Assembly: GCA_030295235.1 (NCBI GenBank)
Contig: AP026130.1
Location: 930,001 to 994,000, forward strand
From: Fistulifera solaris
Taxonomy: Eukaryota
Reading direction: 5' to 3'
DNA length: 64,000 nt
The notes under the pieces were generated by a model, which was given only the letters and a program-made list of their open reading frames with translations, searched no databases and was not told the DNA's origin. Made by a program: the position numbers and the translations under genes. Below, one piece after another: positions 23,603 to 35,051 of this stretch. Every line of letters starts with the position of its first letter. Position 1 is the stretch's first letter.

Positions 23603-24185
23603 GGTATTCGTCTTTGTATATCATTCAAAGTACACAGTCATAAAAAACCGGTATTGAAAGCATATGGATCAATTACCGGACCCTAATTAAATAACGTGAA
23701 TGTCCTCTTACACTACGTATTTATGTAGACGTCATTGTCGTTCACCGTCCGTAACTCAACAGTTTGCTTTAGAGTAATAATTTACGACCTTCTCTCTACA
23801 TTGTTTCGTAGAGTGCGAAACCGGAAGACGCCAACGTGTGTCATTGTCATACGGATGATCTAAAATGATACACTTTAACGCTCGAATCTTGTCCCTTCTT
23901 CACAGGTTTACATCGTACAAAATAGGGGCGACTCTAGAGCGGTTCTTAAACTCTGACGCCAATGGTGTTTTTTCATGAAGTGACCGAACGAAAGACCAAA
24001 GACCCAACACCGCTTCGCGGCCACAGACTTTTCGCAACGGAGCGGCTTGGTGGCAGCCCCGACACTGCCAGGCGCGTTTTCAAGTGCGGAGCAGCATCGG
24101 TCATCATCTGGTCTTTTTGCTGTTGCGACCACACGTTCTTGCATTGCTGTTCTGTAATAAACGGCTTCACTAAAGAGCAATAAAA

Positions 24186-25423
24186 ATGGGAGATGAAGGA
24201 GGTGATCAGAATGGGGCGCTAATGTCGGACCCGGTCGATGTTATCATCGAGAAGCTGTTGAGGTCAGTCAGTGCCCGCGGACGGAGCAGCAGCACGAGTT
24301 GTCGTGAAAATGCCGATAAATACTGTATTGGGTCTATTGGTTAATTTTGTATTCAAATTGGTATACCGAACGGAGTATTTCGAAGGGCATTTTGAATGTA
24401 AAATCGATTGCTGCGGTGCTTTACTTTTATTCGTAATTTTGTCTGCATTGATTGCACAATAAATGCTAACTCTTTTCTCTTTCTTATTTCTTGACATCTT
24501 CAGTGTCCGAGGAGCTCGCCCAGGTAAACAAGTAGACCTTTCAGAAGCTGAAATCAAGATGCTTTGTCTTCGAGGAAGAGATTTGTTGATCGGACAGCCC
24601 ATGTTGCTCGAGTTAGAGGCACCCATTAAAATTTGCGGAGATGTACACGGACAATACTACGATTTGCTTCGTCTCTTCGAATACGGAGGCTTTCCGCCGG
24701 AATCAAACTACGTCTTTCTGGGTGATTACGTGGATCGCGGAAAGCAAAGTCTTGAGACTATCTGCTTGCTGTTGGCGTACAAGATCAAGTATCCGGAAAA
24801 CTTCTTCATTCTCCGTGGCAATCACGAGTGCGCATCGATTAATCGCATTTATGGTTTTTACGACGAGTGCAAGCGAAGATTCGGAATTAAGCTCTGGAAG
24901 ACATTTACCGACTGCTTCAACTGCTTGCCTTGTGCCGCAGTCATTGATGAGAAGATTTTCTGCATGCACGGTGGTCTCAGTCCGGAACTTACCAGTTTGG
25001 ATCAGGTAAAGCGAATTGTTCGGCCCACTGATGTTCCCGATACAGGTTTGCTCTGTGATCTTCTTTGGTCGGATCCTGATAAGGAAATTGACGGATGGGG
25101 TGAGAATGATCGAGGTGTGTCTTTCACTTTCGGAGAAGACATTGTAGCCCAGTTTTTGCACAAACACGATCTTGATTTAATTTGTCGGGCCCATCAAGTT
25201 GTTGAAGATGGATACGAATTCTTCGCTCGTCGGCAACTGGTCACTTTGTTTTCCGCACCGAACTATTGTGGGGAATTCGACAATGCCGGGGCCATGATGA
25301 GCGTCGACGAAACGCTCATGTGCTCGTTCCAGATTTTAAAACCTGCAGAAAAGCGACAACGCTTCGCTTTTCAGGGTGGCGCTCAAGGAAGGCCTGGAAC
25401 CCCCGCAGGGAGCAGGCAAATAG
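24186..25423 (+). CDS. PP1: Serine/threonine protein phosphatase PP1 catalytic subunit
   Basis: Exon 1 MGDEGGDQ...IIEKLL; intron 24263-24503; [30 protein letters not shown]. True stop is probably TAG 25421-23 (RPGTP.QGAGK*) after a C-run indel; as assembled the frame runs to 25569. Confidence 0.95.
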
Positions 25424-25938
25424 GCATCACCGGATGTGTTTCAATTTGGATCGGGTCACTTTTTCGAATTGTGCATGCCGTTGTATTTCACTCTTTCCGG
25501 TGTCCTTCGGGCACTAGCAATCTTCTGGCTCTGTGGTACCTAAACCCTTGGCTATTAAACTCTTCTTAATTATGTTTACAGACTACTAGCTTCGTGATGT
25601 TTATTTTGACGTTGATAATTTGGGAACCGTTGAATTGATTCATGTAGTAACGATCACCATTCAATAAGCCCCACTAGTCGTTCTATACGGAAGTTAAAAA
25701 TAGACAAATGGATCCAGTAAAGGTTTCCCATTTTGAATTTGAGTATGTTTGAAAACTAACTTTTACGGTACGGTGCCGTACCTAGTTTTTCGAGTGTGAC
25801 ACCGAGGTGCGCGCTCCCAAAAAATTTGGTGCGTTGAGTTTTGAATCCCGTTTTGTAGTAAAAATCGACTCTGTTACAAGATTCGCGGGGTGCGCGATGT
25901 CAAATTCTGGGCTTTAATCGGATCATTTGAAGAAAAAA

Positions 25939-26208
25939 ATGACAAGCATGTGGTGCTTGCGTATTCCTAGGCGATCTGCTATTGGCCATGTTGTGTTTGT
26001 CGTATCTGTTTATGGAAACATATTTATTATATTAGCATTTGCTTTAACAGCCATCCTCGTTTGCTTCGCGTACACCGACGAATTGTTGATTGCGATGGAA
26101 AATGACATCATGGAATCAGAGAGGGCCGTAGCATTGTCTATGATCGAGCTCTCGGCACTGCAAGACGAAATCCGACAATTACTTGCACAAAGCAAGGGCA
26201 AGATTTGA
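25939..26208 (+). CDS. Possible small hypothetical protein (coiled-coil C-terminus)
   Basis: AAAAATGA start, possible intron ~25950-26050 with a weak donor, heptad-like end ESERAVALSMIELSALQDEIRQLLAQ. The model is uncertain and may need an indel. Confidence 0.25.
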   Translation: MTSMWCLRIPRRSAIGHVVFVVSVYGNIFIILAFALTAILVCFAYTDELLIAMENDIMESERAVALSMIELSALQDEIRQLLAQSKGKI

Positions 26209-26255
26209 TCTACGGATGCCCAACTCTCAACTATGCCGTTCAGCTAGACAAGCCA

Positions 26256-26798
26256 TCAACTGCTCTTACTTCCACTTTCTTCTTTTCCCCACACTTCAAG
26301 GCGATATATGGTGACTCGACCATAGAAATCGGTAGCGTCGTCGAAGGTAAGTTTAATTGCTTTCGTAGTCAATTTCTCGACTTGCAACGAACGCGTCTGT
26401 AACTCATGGACATCATCGAACTCAAGGGTATCATCAACAAGAATCCACTCTTCTTTTTCGTTTTTGGCATAAACCGAACAGGTTTCGGCACAAAATCCCG
26501 CTTGAAATTGTATCCGTATTTCGTCGGGCTGAACGGCCCTCCAAAAGTCTACAATGAACCAGCATCCGTCATTACGCCCTTTCTGTTCCGCCATCCCCTC
26601 CGAATTCCAGCAACTAGAGCTATTTTTGGTATCCAGGGCATTCAGAGGACCGTATTGCTTCGTGTTGCGTTGCAAAATCGACGACGCCCTGCGCTGGCTC
26701 GAGTGAGAAAAGAAAATGTATGCGACTACCTTGTGAATTATTTACCTTGCTGTTGTTCCCATCGAAATGAGACTTAATATAGATCTTGCATTGTCCAT
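26256..26798 (-). CDS. NR2C2AP: NR2C2-associated protein (TRA16)-like, galactose-binding-like fold
   Basis: Exon 1 MDNARS...TTAR, short intron, then ASSILQRNTKQYG...CWNSEG...IQFQAGF...LTFDDATDFYGRVTIYRLEVWG. Confidence 0.85.
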
Positions 26799-26899
26799 TC
26801 TTCTAGTATTCTCCTCTTCAAATTGTGATTTAGTCTAGACATTCAAATAAGCTTGCAATGAGCATCACAAGCACCAGTTATTTTTCCATCGAGAATAAT

Positions 26900-27515
26900 A
26901 CACGGTAAGGCGGGCGAATAAAAGCATGTTTCGTGACTGAGTTGCAGTCCTGAACAATTGATCCGACACTTTGGCAGATAAATAGTAATTCGGAAACCAC
27001 ACGGATTATCGACATGAAAAACCTAAACGTGCATTGCAAACATTCTTGTACTCTACTCGAAAGTAACATTGCAGAAGTCAGAAAAGAGGCTTGCAAAACC
27101 GGACGGAGGTTGAATAGATCGGAGGTTGAATAAATGTTTTTCTCGGTAACATCATGATGACTCTTGACTGAAAAGCAGTCGTGTCAGCCTTAAACCAACA
27201 CTTTGGACTATAGTGATTTGGGACGACGTATTTCAAGAGGATTTTTAACATGAAAAGCCAGGACTTGCATTGCAAATACTATTGAAATCATCTCAATTGT
27301 AGAGGCAAGAAAACAGGCGTACATAACGAAGAAGGTTGAATAGATGTTTGGCTCGGAATATCGTAACTCATGGGTGAAACAATGCAGCTGTAACATCCGA
27401 AAACTAACACTCTGGACTATAGTGATTTTGGAACGGCGTTTTTTACAAGGATTCTCGCCACTTTCGCCATGAAGCACGAAGACGTGCATCGCCAACGCTG
27501 CTGAAGTCAATTGCA
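26900..27515. repeat. Old, diverged ~210-bp triplication
   Basis: ACACTYTGG(ACTATAGTGATTT), CATGAA..., TGCATYGC and GGTTGAATAGAT recur at ~210-bp spacing (~26967, 27198, 27407). Confidence 0.6.
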
Positions 27516-27722
27516 TCGTCGTAGCTACAAAATGGACCTACAAAAGCGAAGCTATTCGGTTTCCGGGTGCCGTACGTTTCTATTTTCTTTCCAGTTTCTC
27601 TTGTGAATAACTAGGTACCGCTACGATAAAAGAATACTAGACAGAAAATAAGAATTGATCGTTCAACGGAGGAGCAAGCGCGGGCTTTGCTGTCAACTGT
27701 CAACTGTCAACTGTCTCATAGG

Positions 27723-28181
27723 TCTCACGTATCGACGGACAGAAATTGGAAGTATTTTCTGTCAACCAAGTCGCTACGTTTCGCGAACAACAGAAGAGGA
27801 AGTATCTGGTAGCCTAAGACGATAAAACAGTCAAAGTTTTCCAAACAACAATATTATAAGCCTTTACAAATCCGACAAATGATCAAGGTGGAACCTCACT
27901 GGGTGATGGTTCCGCCGAGAATGTCACTCTGCCATCGGACTAGGTCTTATTTTATCTTGAAATTCTGAGCTCAATGATGTGGCTCTAACATTCTTGTATC
28001 GCGTTGCTTGCAAACTTTTCACGCCTTCACGATCAATCCAAATCGTACAAAGACCCTTGGGCCTCTCCCATGAGGTTCCGTCCCGAAGGCTTCCGATTTG
28101 GGGGTCGTGGTTCGCATTAGGTCGTGCGGCTAAATTGGGTGAGTCCCTAGTAGTCTGCCCGCTATCCGCATATCCGTGACA
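27723..28181 (-). repeat. 3' LTR (459 bp, TG...GA)
   Basis: Direct repeat of 34388-34845 with about five differences seen by eye; bounded by the PPT and the TSD. Confidence 0.95.
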
Positions 28182-31100
28182 CTCCCTCTCAGACGAAGAG
28201 GGACCACTTTCATTCCAACCCATTAACTTGTCTCGAAGATAGGTAAACGTTTCCCTAGGCAATCCTTTCGTCATGATATCCGCAAGCTGTTCTTTAGTGT
28301 CAATCTTGTTGATCTTCAATTCACCACTTTGAACATGTTGTCGGAAGAAATGATACTTGGTTGCATAGTGCTTCGAGCGAGGGGTCATCCGCGGAATCGT
28401 AGCAAGAGTGAGCGCTCCATTGTTGTCTTCAAATACATCCGAATGGGCAATGCTCTCGACTTGATCTTCTCCAGTAATAGCCTTAGCAACAGCAGTAACA
28501 AGTCTTCGCATCGGCAAAACATCGCGCATAGCAGTACTCAATGCGACATACTCACTCTCCATTGTACTTAGAGAGATTTCAGACTGTAGCTTCGATACCC
28601 AAAGTAGGGGGCAATTGCCGAGCGTCAAGATGTAGCCAGTACGCTGACTTCACACTTATCGGATCTTCAGGATCTTCAGCTCCCCACAAACCGGCAAAGT
28701 CGGCATCAACAAAGCAATCAATCTTCAACTCTTTCGTCGGACGCATCACCAAACCACGATCGGCCGTTCCTTTCAAATAGCGGACAATTCTCTTGATCGC
28801 TTTAGCATGACTTTGCCTCGGCGAATGAGTGAAGCGAAGCGCACTGATGGACAGCAAATGCAATATCCGGTCGAGAGTTTGACGACAAGTAGAGCAACAT
28901 TCCGACAACCGAAGCATAATTCCAAGACTCGGCGAACGCAGCACCAGCCAAATCTTTTCCCAATGGTTTGTTTTCAGCAGGCGTGTCGCAAGAATTACAA
29001 TCAGCCATGTCGGTAGCTTCGATGACGCGATTAATGAGACCTTTCTGGGTCAACTCGATAGTATCGCCCACGACGGGTAAACTGAATTCCCAAGAACGCG
29101 GGAAACATCTTTCGACTCCACAGTCAAAGTCAGAACCTTGTCAATAGCTTCGATCATCTCATCCATGCACTTTTCATCGAGACTGAACCAAAGGCAATCA
29201 TCGACGTAAGTCAAACAAATAATTTTCTGCACGAACAGGCAAGCATCGATATCGACCAACTGTTTGAAACCATGCTTCTCCAAAGTGTCCTTCAGCAAGT
29301 TAAAGAATCGGAGTGGACTATCGGACTTGCCATAAAGCCGTCTTCTGGAGCATCAAAACAGTATCTTCGCCATCGTCGTGAAATCCTTGAGGCATCTCGA
29401 TGTAGCACTCTTCAGTAGGCGGCAAAGGGGCTTGAGCGAACGCATTGACATAATCAACTTGGCGGGTATGCATTCCATGGACGATGGACATAATCAACAA
29501 CAACCGGACTGTGGACCACTGTACGACAGGAGAGTAGGACTCGAAATAGTCGACTCCTTTTATCTCCATATCGCCACGAACACAGAATCTCGCCTTGTAC
29601 TTCGTGGGTGTCCCATCCGGTGAACGCTTAAGCCGAAACGCCCCAAGTGGACTTTATCACGCGCTTATTTGCAGGTACAGAAGCTCGCGGAATTTTCCTC
29701 CATGTCCCCATCTTCTCCAACATTCGAATTTCTTTCACCATCGCATCTTGCCATTCTCGATATTCAGCAGACGACATAGCTTGATGATACATTGGATAGT
29801 CGGGATCGGAACCTTTCTTTGGCTTCTTTACACGCTGCATAGCGGCGAAAGCAACAGGATCTCGCAAATCAAACTCGCCGAGCTCCGAATCCCAACAAGC
29901 AACAAGGCCGGAATGAATCGACGCAATAAAGGAGAAAGTTTCGCGAGGAATCGGCGCAAGAACAACCGAAGCAACGTTGGTAATAAATTCATTGAACTTT
30001 CTTGGAGCACGTCTCTCGCGAGTGGATCGGCGAGGTTCGGTAGGAGCAGCTGGTGTCTTCTTCCGCGGCGAACTTGATGGAGGCTTGGCATCCACAGCAA
30101 CCTTGGGAGCAGGAATCGGCTCAACCGGTTTTGAATTTGGCTCAGGTAGTTTAACAGGAGTAGTAACTGTCTTTTGCTCTTGCTCCCTCTGCAATGTAGG
30201 CTCGCTTGAACTCTTTTCAGTCGTAGGTTCGGCATCTGTTCGCAGTCGCTGGTGCACCTTGTCGAAATCAACCGGGGGCTAGCATTGTCTTGAACGCTTC
30301 GAATCTTGCGAGATCGCTCTTGAATTCGAACATGCAACTCTTCTTGACTCAACCACTCGTCATCCAAGTCGATCGGATCATCCTCATCGAAAAATACTTG
30401 GAAGCGAGACGATGCGAAGATGTCGGCCCAAGTCTTCGGATCGACAGAATCATCCGCACCGACAACATTCGAAACAGTGGCAAACCAATCATCGACAACA
30501 ACATGAAACTGCGCGGAAATCCGGTTCGTTTCTAGGTTCAAAACAACAGGAACATTCGATGCATGCCGGCCGACAAACCCAAGAAAACGCCGCGTCTTGA
30601 GCGAGGTTCAAACTTCGGAATCTTGTGCCCATCTTGCAACTTCGGGTTCAGAATATACGCGGGTGATCCCCAAACATGCATATCAGCAAACACTTTTCGA
30701 TCGGTCGTTGTTCTGACGATCATATCAGCCGGAGATGTATTGTTTTCGCCGGGTCCATAGTTGAAATTTTGAACGACATAATCAATCGCCTGAGGCCACA
30801 AGTCCGAAGAAATCGCTTTCGGCCAACGCAATTTAGCATGTAGCATCGTGAGTGCGTGCGAGAGATATAATACTTCCGATTGCGCGCTCAGCAACAGCAT
30901 TTTGGTGGTGAGCACCAGGTCCACTGAGAGTCATCGACTGGTAGTTCAGTATCAATTTGCTTTGCGAACTCCTGCGCCCGTGAACGTGCCATTGTCGGTA
31001 TGATATTGGACCACCGTGATGCCGTGGTTCGCCATTGCACTTTCAAACTCCAACTTGGCGCGCAAAGCCTCGCCAGCAGTAAAATTCAAAACATGAACGA

Positions 31101-32760
31101 CATAAACAAATCCACTTGCATGATCGACAAAAATCACACCGCCTTTGAACTTCTCATCATCCTTGGTACCACCGAAACCAGAGTAAAGACGTCCTCTCGT
31201 TGAAACAGAGAAGTGATCCATTGAAACCTTCTGGCCCGGAATTAAAATATCCTTCGAGAGAACTTTGGATTGGCGATCGACGGTCAATTTCGCTCCAGTC
31301 GACTTGCTTTCCTTTTCCATACATGCAAGCAGCGCACTTGGGAATCATACAACGCCGCCGCTTGGACTTCAGCAGAATTTCCGAGAGCGCCGGTTTTGAG
31401 CAAGGCTTGAATGCTTTTCATGCTTCGGTGAACAAATCGGAAATGCAAGCGAAGAAGAAACTTCTGTGCCTCACTCAAGTTTTGATTCTCAGCTGTAGTA
31501 ACACAGTTTTGAATCTTCGCAGCATTGAGAGCAACAGATTGTTTTCGGAACATCTCCAACGTAGGCAAATTGTTTTCAGGAGAGTATGCAATATCAAGAA
31601 AGTGGCCGTCCAACAAATCGACATGAATGAGGCTCGAGTCGCCGGAAAAACGCGGTTCGTCGCTTCGCTATGCCTTCACCAATTGACAATAGGACTGTGG
31701 GCTGAAGAGTCGAACATTCTACTTCGGGCACATGTAATCCGGGAATCCGAAAAGTAAAGCCCTTGCCGTTTGACAGAGTAGCAGTCCACTCAAGAGTACC
31801 TGTGCCGGCAATCGAAGAACCTGCAGCAAAGCCAGACAAAACTGTATCGCCAGTAGTAGGGGTGTAGGATGTGAAGTCATCACGGTCGAATGTAACAGCA
31901 ACTGTGGCTCCAGTGTCCCATATAACCGGAAACAGATTCGCCATGGTCGGTTTTCCAGCGACATGGACTTGATGCAGAGCAGGGAGGGCATAAATAGACG
32001 GGGGAAGCTTCGCGTACGGTGCAAAGTAGGCTCTAGATTTGTCTACACTATTATCTCCCTCTCGGAAGCAACATCGTCTCAGTAGCTCCCTCTGGAAGAG
32101 AATGCCCGGTGGGGTAACAAAATAATGAAGTGTCATCTAGTAGGTGCCAGGGGCGTAGGATGCTCGTTCGGCGGACACGGCAAATCAAACGACTCGGTAT
32201 TCAAATGACCGTTCGATCTATCATATCCGGAAGCTCTAAGGCCCAACGCGGAATCACTTCAAGTCGTCCTCAACGTTTTTCTCGCCGCGACGCGCAGGCT
32301 CAACAAAACGATTTTGCTTTCGACGCCGAAAAACACCACCCTCACCATGCTGACAATTCGAAGCTTTTGATGATGAAGAAGGATCAGGAGGTCGGCGCAA
32401 ACGTCGGCTGCGTTCACTTGGATGAAACTGGTGGCAGCCATGCCAGGCGGGCACCAAGTTGACTCCATAAACAACACCAGGGGCTCCGAGCGTAAGCGTC
32501 ACTCGCCACATGCTCGTCATGATCGAAGAAAGCACCATGAAACGACACGGGAGAGAGATGAGACGCTCGGGCAAAGGTTTGAATCGCGGCCGAAGACCAA
32601 GAGAGCGACGATGAGCGGCACTTTGGGCACGCAACCACTTCGAAATGGTCGCGGCAACACGGAAATGACGCCACCAAGAAAAACACTCAACAATCAACCA
32701 GCAAAGAATAAAATGCTTCGGCGACAACTCCAACAATAAACGACCGATAAGGACGGACAA
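27924..32760 (-). CDS. pol: Copia pol region (protease, integrase, RT, RNase H), heavily frameshifted as assembled
   Basis: PR VIWDTGAT; IN HFRFVH..CAAC, VSMDH, FVDHAS, YHTDNG; RT QVDYVNAF, TYVDD; RH FVDADFAG, STMESEY, EDNNGA, QLADIMTK. Confidence 0.9.
28182..28190 (-). other. Polypurine tract
   Basis: GAGAGGGAG immediately precedes the TG of the 3' LTR on the minus strand. Confidence 0.8.
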
Positions 32761-32765
32761 AAGGC

Positions 32766-34285
32766 TCAGGAAGGGACCTCGATCGAAAGGTTCACCTTCC
32801 CTGCCGATTTCCTATTCGAATCGCTGTCGGAACCCCAACAGAACTGCAAGGGTGCCGTCCAAGCTTGGGCAACATTAGCGGCAGGAGCGGCGGGCTTGGC
32901 ATCAGCGGGCTTCTCTTCCTTGCTCTTGTGCTCGCCGGTTCCATGGGTCTGGTTCCAGCGCTTGCATTTGGCGCAATAATAGAAAGTCTTGCCGCACTTG
33001 GTCATGGTGGTGGGCTCTCCATCCTTCGGCGCGATGCGAGTCCAACGAGTTTCGGTCGAACCGCCGCCTTTCTTTTCGCCATCACCACCGCCAGTCTTCG
33101 TAGCAGCCTTGTCTTTGTTCGCCTTCTTGTCCTTGGTCTTCGAGGGAGGCAGTTTTAGTGCCATTCGACTCGAATTTTGACTTGAGGGTCTTGAACTCGG
33201 CTTTGAGACTCTTGATCGCCGCAGCATTAGCACTAACTTCAGTAGTAGTTCCTTTAGCCGGTCCCCAATCTTCCTTTAGGTTGCTGTAGACATCCTTTGC
33301 TTCATGGAGAATGCGGCGATAGTTGGTGTAGCCGCTCATCCTTTCAGCAACTTCCTTCGACTTTCCGGCAGAGAGACGCACAAAGTCGGAGAGGGATGCG
33401 AGCTTCGTGTGCCAGTGAACACGGAATCCTTCGACCGAGCAAGTGCACAGCTGCTGCTGCAAAATGACCAAGTGATCGCGAGGGAGCTGATCATTGGCCT
33501 CCAACTCTTGCAAAGTCTCCATCTGCGCATTCGCCCAGGCAGCAACATTTTCTCCGGGAGTTTCGACCAACTTGCGCTTGCGAACACCTCTTCGAGTTCG
33601 GAGACACGGCGAAAGGCGCTTTGGAAGAACTTCTTCGGTGATTTTCATCCAAACCAAAGGTCCAAGGCGCGCATGAGCAGAGCTCAAAGAAGTTCGAATC
33701 GTGCGCTGGAAGGAGCGCTCCAATGAGTTAAACAGAAAAGCAGCCGAATCGCTAAGCGAATTGATCATATACTGATCAAACACACCGGACTTGATCATGT
33801 CTTCGAGGGTGCTTCAGCGACTTCATCGAAGGTGAACTTGCCGTGGTAGACAAAGAGATCAATAACACGACTGAGATCGGCAGGATCGTTCATGAAGAAC
33901 GGCGACGAGACCATGCGTAATGCAATGGTTGAACGCTGCATCCGCAAGCTCAACAAGGCGATAGTCATTCGCAGTAGGACTGAACTTGGGGTCGAGACCG
34001 GAGATGCGATCCTTGAAACTTTTCTTGGCGCGATACGGATTCGGATCTCGAAAGCAGTAGGGCGTCGCAGGCACAAGGTTAACACTGCAGTAAAGCTTGC
34101 ATCCGGAGCACCGCCAATGGCTGGGATAGAACTTTGAACAAGGCCGAACTTCGCACGAGAACGGGCTCGGAAAAAGTGGCCTGAACATTCGTTTCGACTT
34201 TTGGGCGCTTCGGTGAAAACGCGAGTGTAGAACCAGTTAGAACCGGAGGAGGTTTCCTGTCATCAGCTTCGGTTTCGGAAGACAT
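32766..34285 (-). CDS. gag: Copia gag region, frameshifted as assembled
   Basis: Starts MSSETEADDRKPPP ~100 nt after the PBS; variant Zn knuckle CAKCKRWNQTHGTGEH (C-X2-C-X6-H-X4-H) before stop at 32768-66. Confidence 0.75.
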
Positions 34286-34373
34286 ATCGCGAATAACGAA
34301 GGACGACAAAAAAGGGAGTAAGTAGGGCACGTGTATCAAACAACTGCAAAAGACTGTACCAGATAGTGTAAAT

Positions 34374-34387
34374 CTGGGCTCGTAACC
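34374..34387 (-). other. Primer-binding site (initiator tRNA-Met half-molecule type)
   Basis: GGTTACGAGCCCAG directly abuts the 5' LTR and resembles the Drosophila copia PBS, which pairs with the tRNAi-Met anticodon arm. Confidence 0.75.
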
Positions 34388-34845
34388 TCTCACGTATCGA
34401 CGGACAGAAATTGGAAGTATTTTCTGTCAACCAAGTCGCTACGCTTCGCAACAACAGAAGAGGAAGTATCTGGTAGCCTAAGACGATAAAACAGTCAAAG
34501 TTTTCCAAACAACAATATTATAAGCCTTTACAAATCCGACAAATGATCAAGGTGGAACCTCACTGGGTGATGGTTCCGCCGAGAATGTCACTCTGCCATC
34601 GGACTAGGTCTTATTTTATCTTGAAATTCTGAGCTCACGTATGTGGCTCTAACATTCTTGTATCGCGTTGCTTGCAAACTTTTCACGCCTTCACGATCAA
34701 TCCAAATCGTACAAAGACCCTTGGGCCTCTCCCATGAGGTTCCGTCCCGAAGGCTTCCGATTTGGGGGTCGTGGTTCGCATTAGGTCGTGCGGCTAAATT
34801 GGGTGAGTCCCTAGTAGTCTGCCCGCTATCCGCATATCCGTGACA
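34388..34845 (-). repeat. 5' LTR (458 bp, TG...GA)
   Basis: Direct repeat of 27723-28181; flanked by the PBS and the TSD. Confidence 0.95.
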
Positions 34846-35051
34846 ATAGGACCATTATCTTTGAGATTCAATCTCCTCTCCTATCAAGCGAACCATTGTT
34901 TGAGAACTAGTTGTCACTTATCTGGCATTTTCTAGCTTTGGGGATTTCTGGGCGACTAATCGACACTATAACAAGCCCAACTTTGTGCAGAAGCAGCGCG
35001 ATTCTTTTGTTTCTCGGTCGATAGCTCAATTGAAAGTCACGATTGAAGAAC

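Larger units (their letters stand above)
27723..34845 (-). mobile_element. Full-length Ty1/copia LTR retrotransposon (CoDi-like), 7123 bp
   Basis: Near-identical LTRs; 5-bp TSD ATAGG (27718-22, 34846-50); PBS and PPT present; domain order gag-PR-IN-RT-RH. Confidence 0.97.

Noticed and set aside
23908..24183. Short ORFs upstream of PP1
   Set aside because: No recognisable motifs; probably 5' UTR/promoter.
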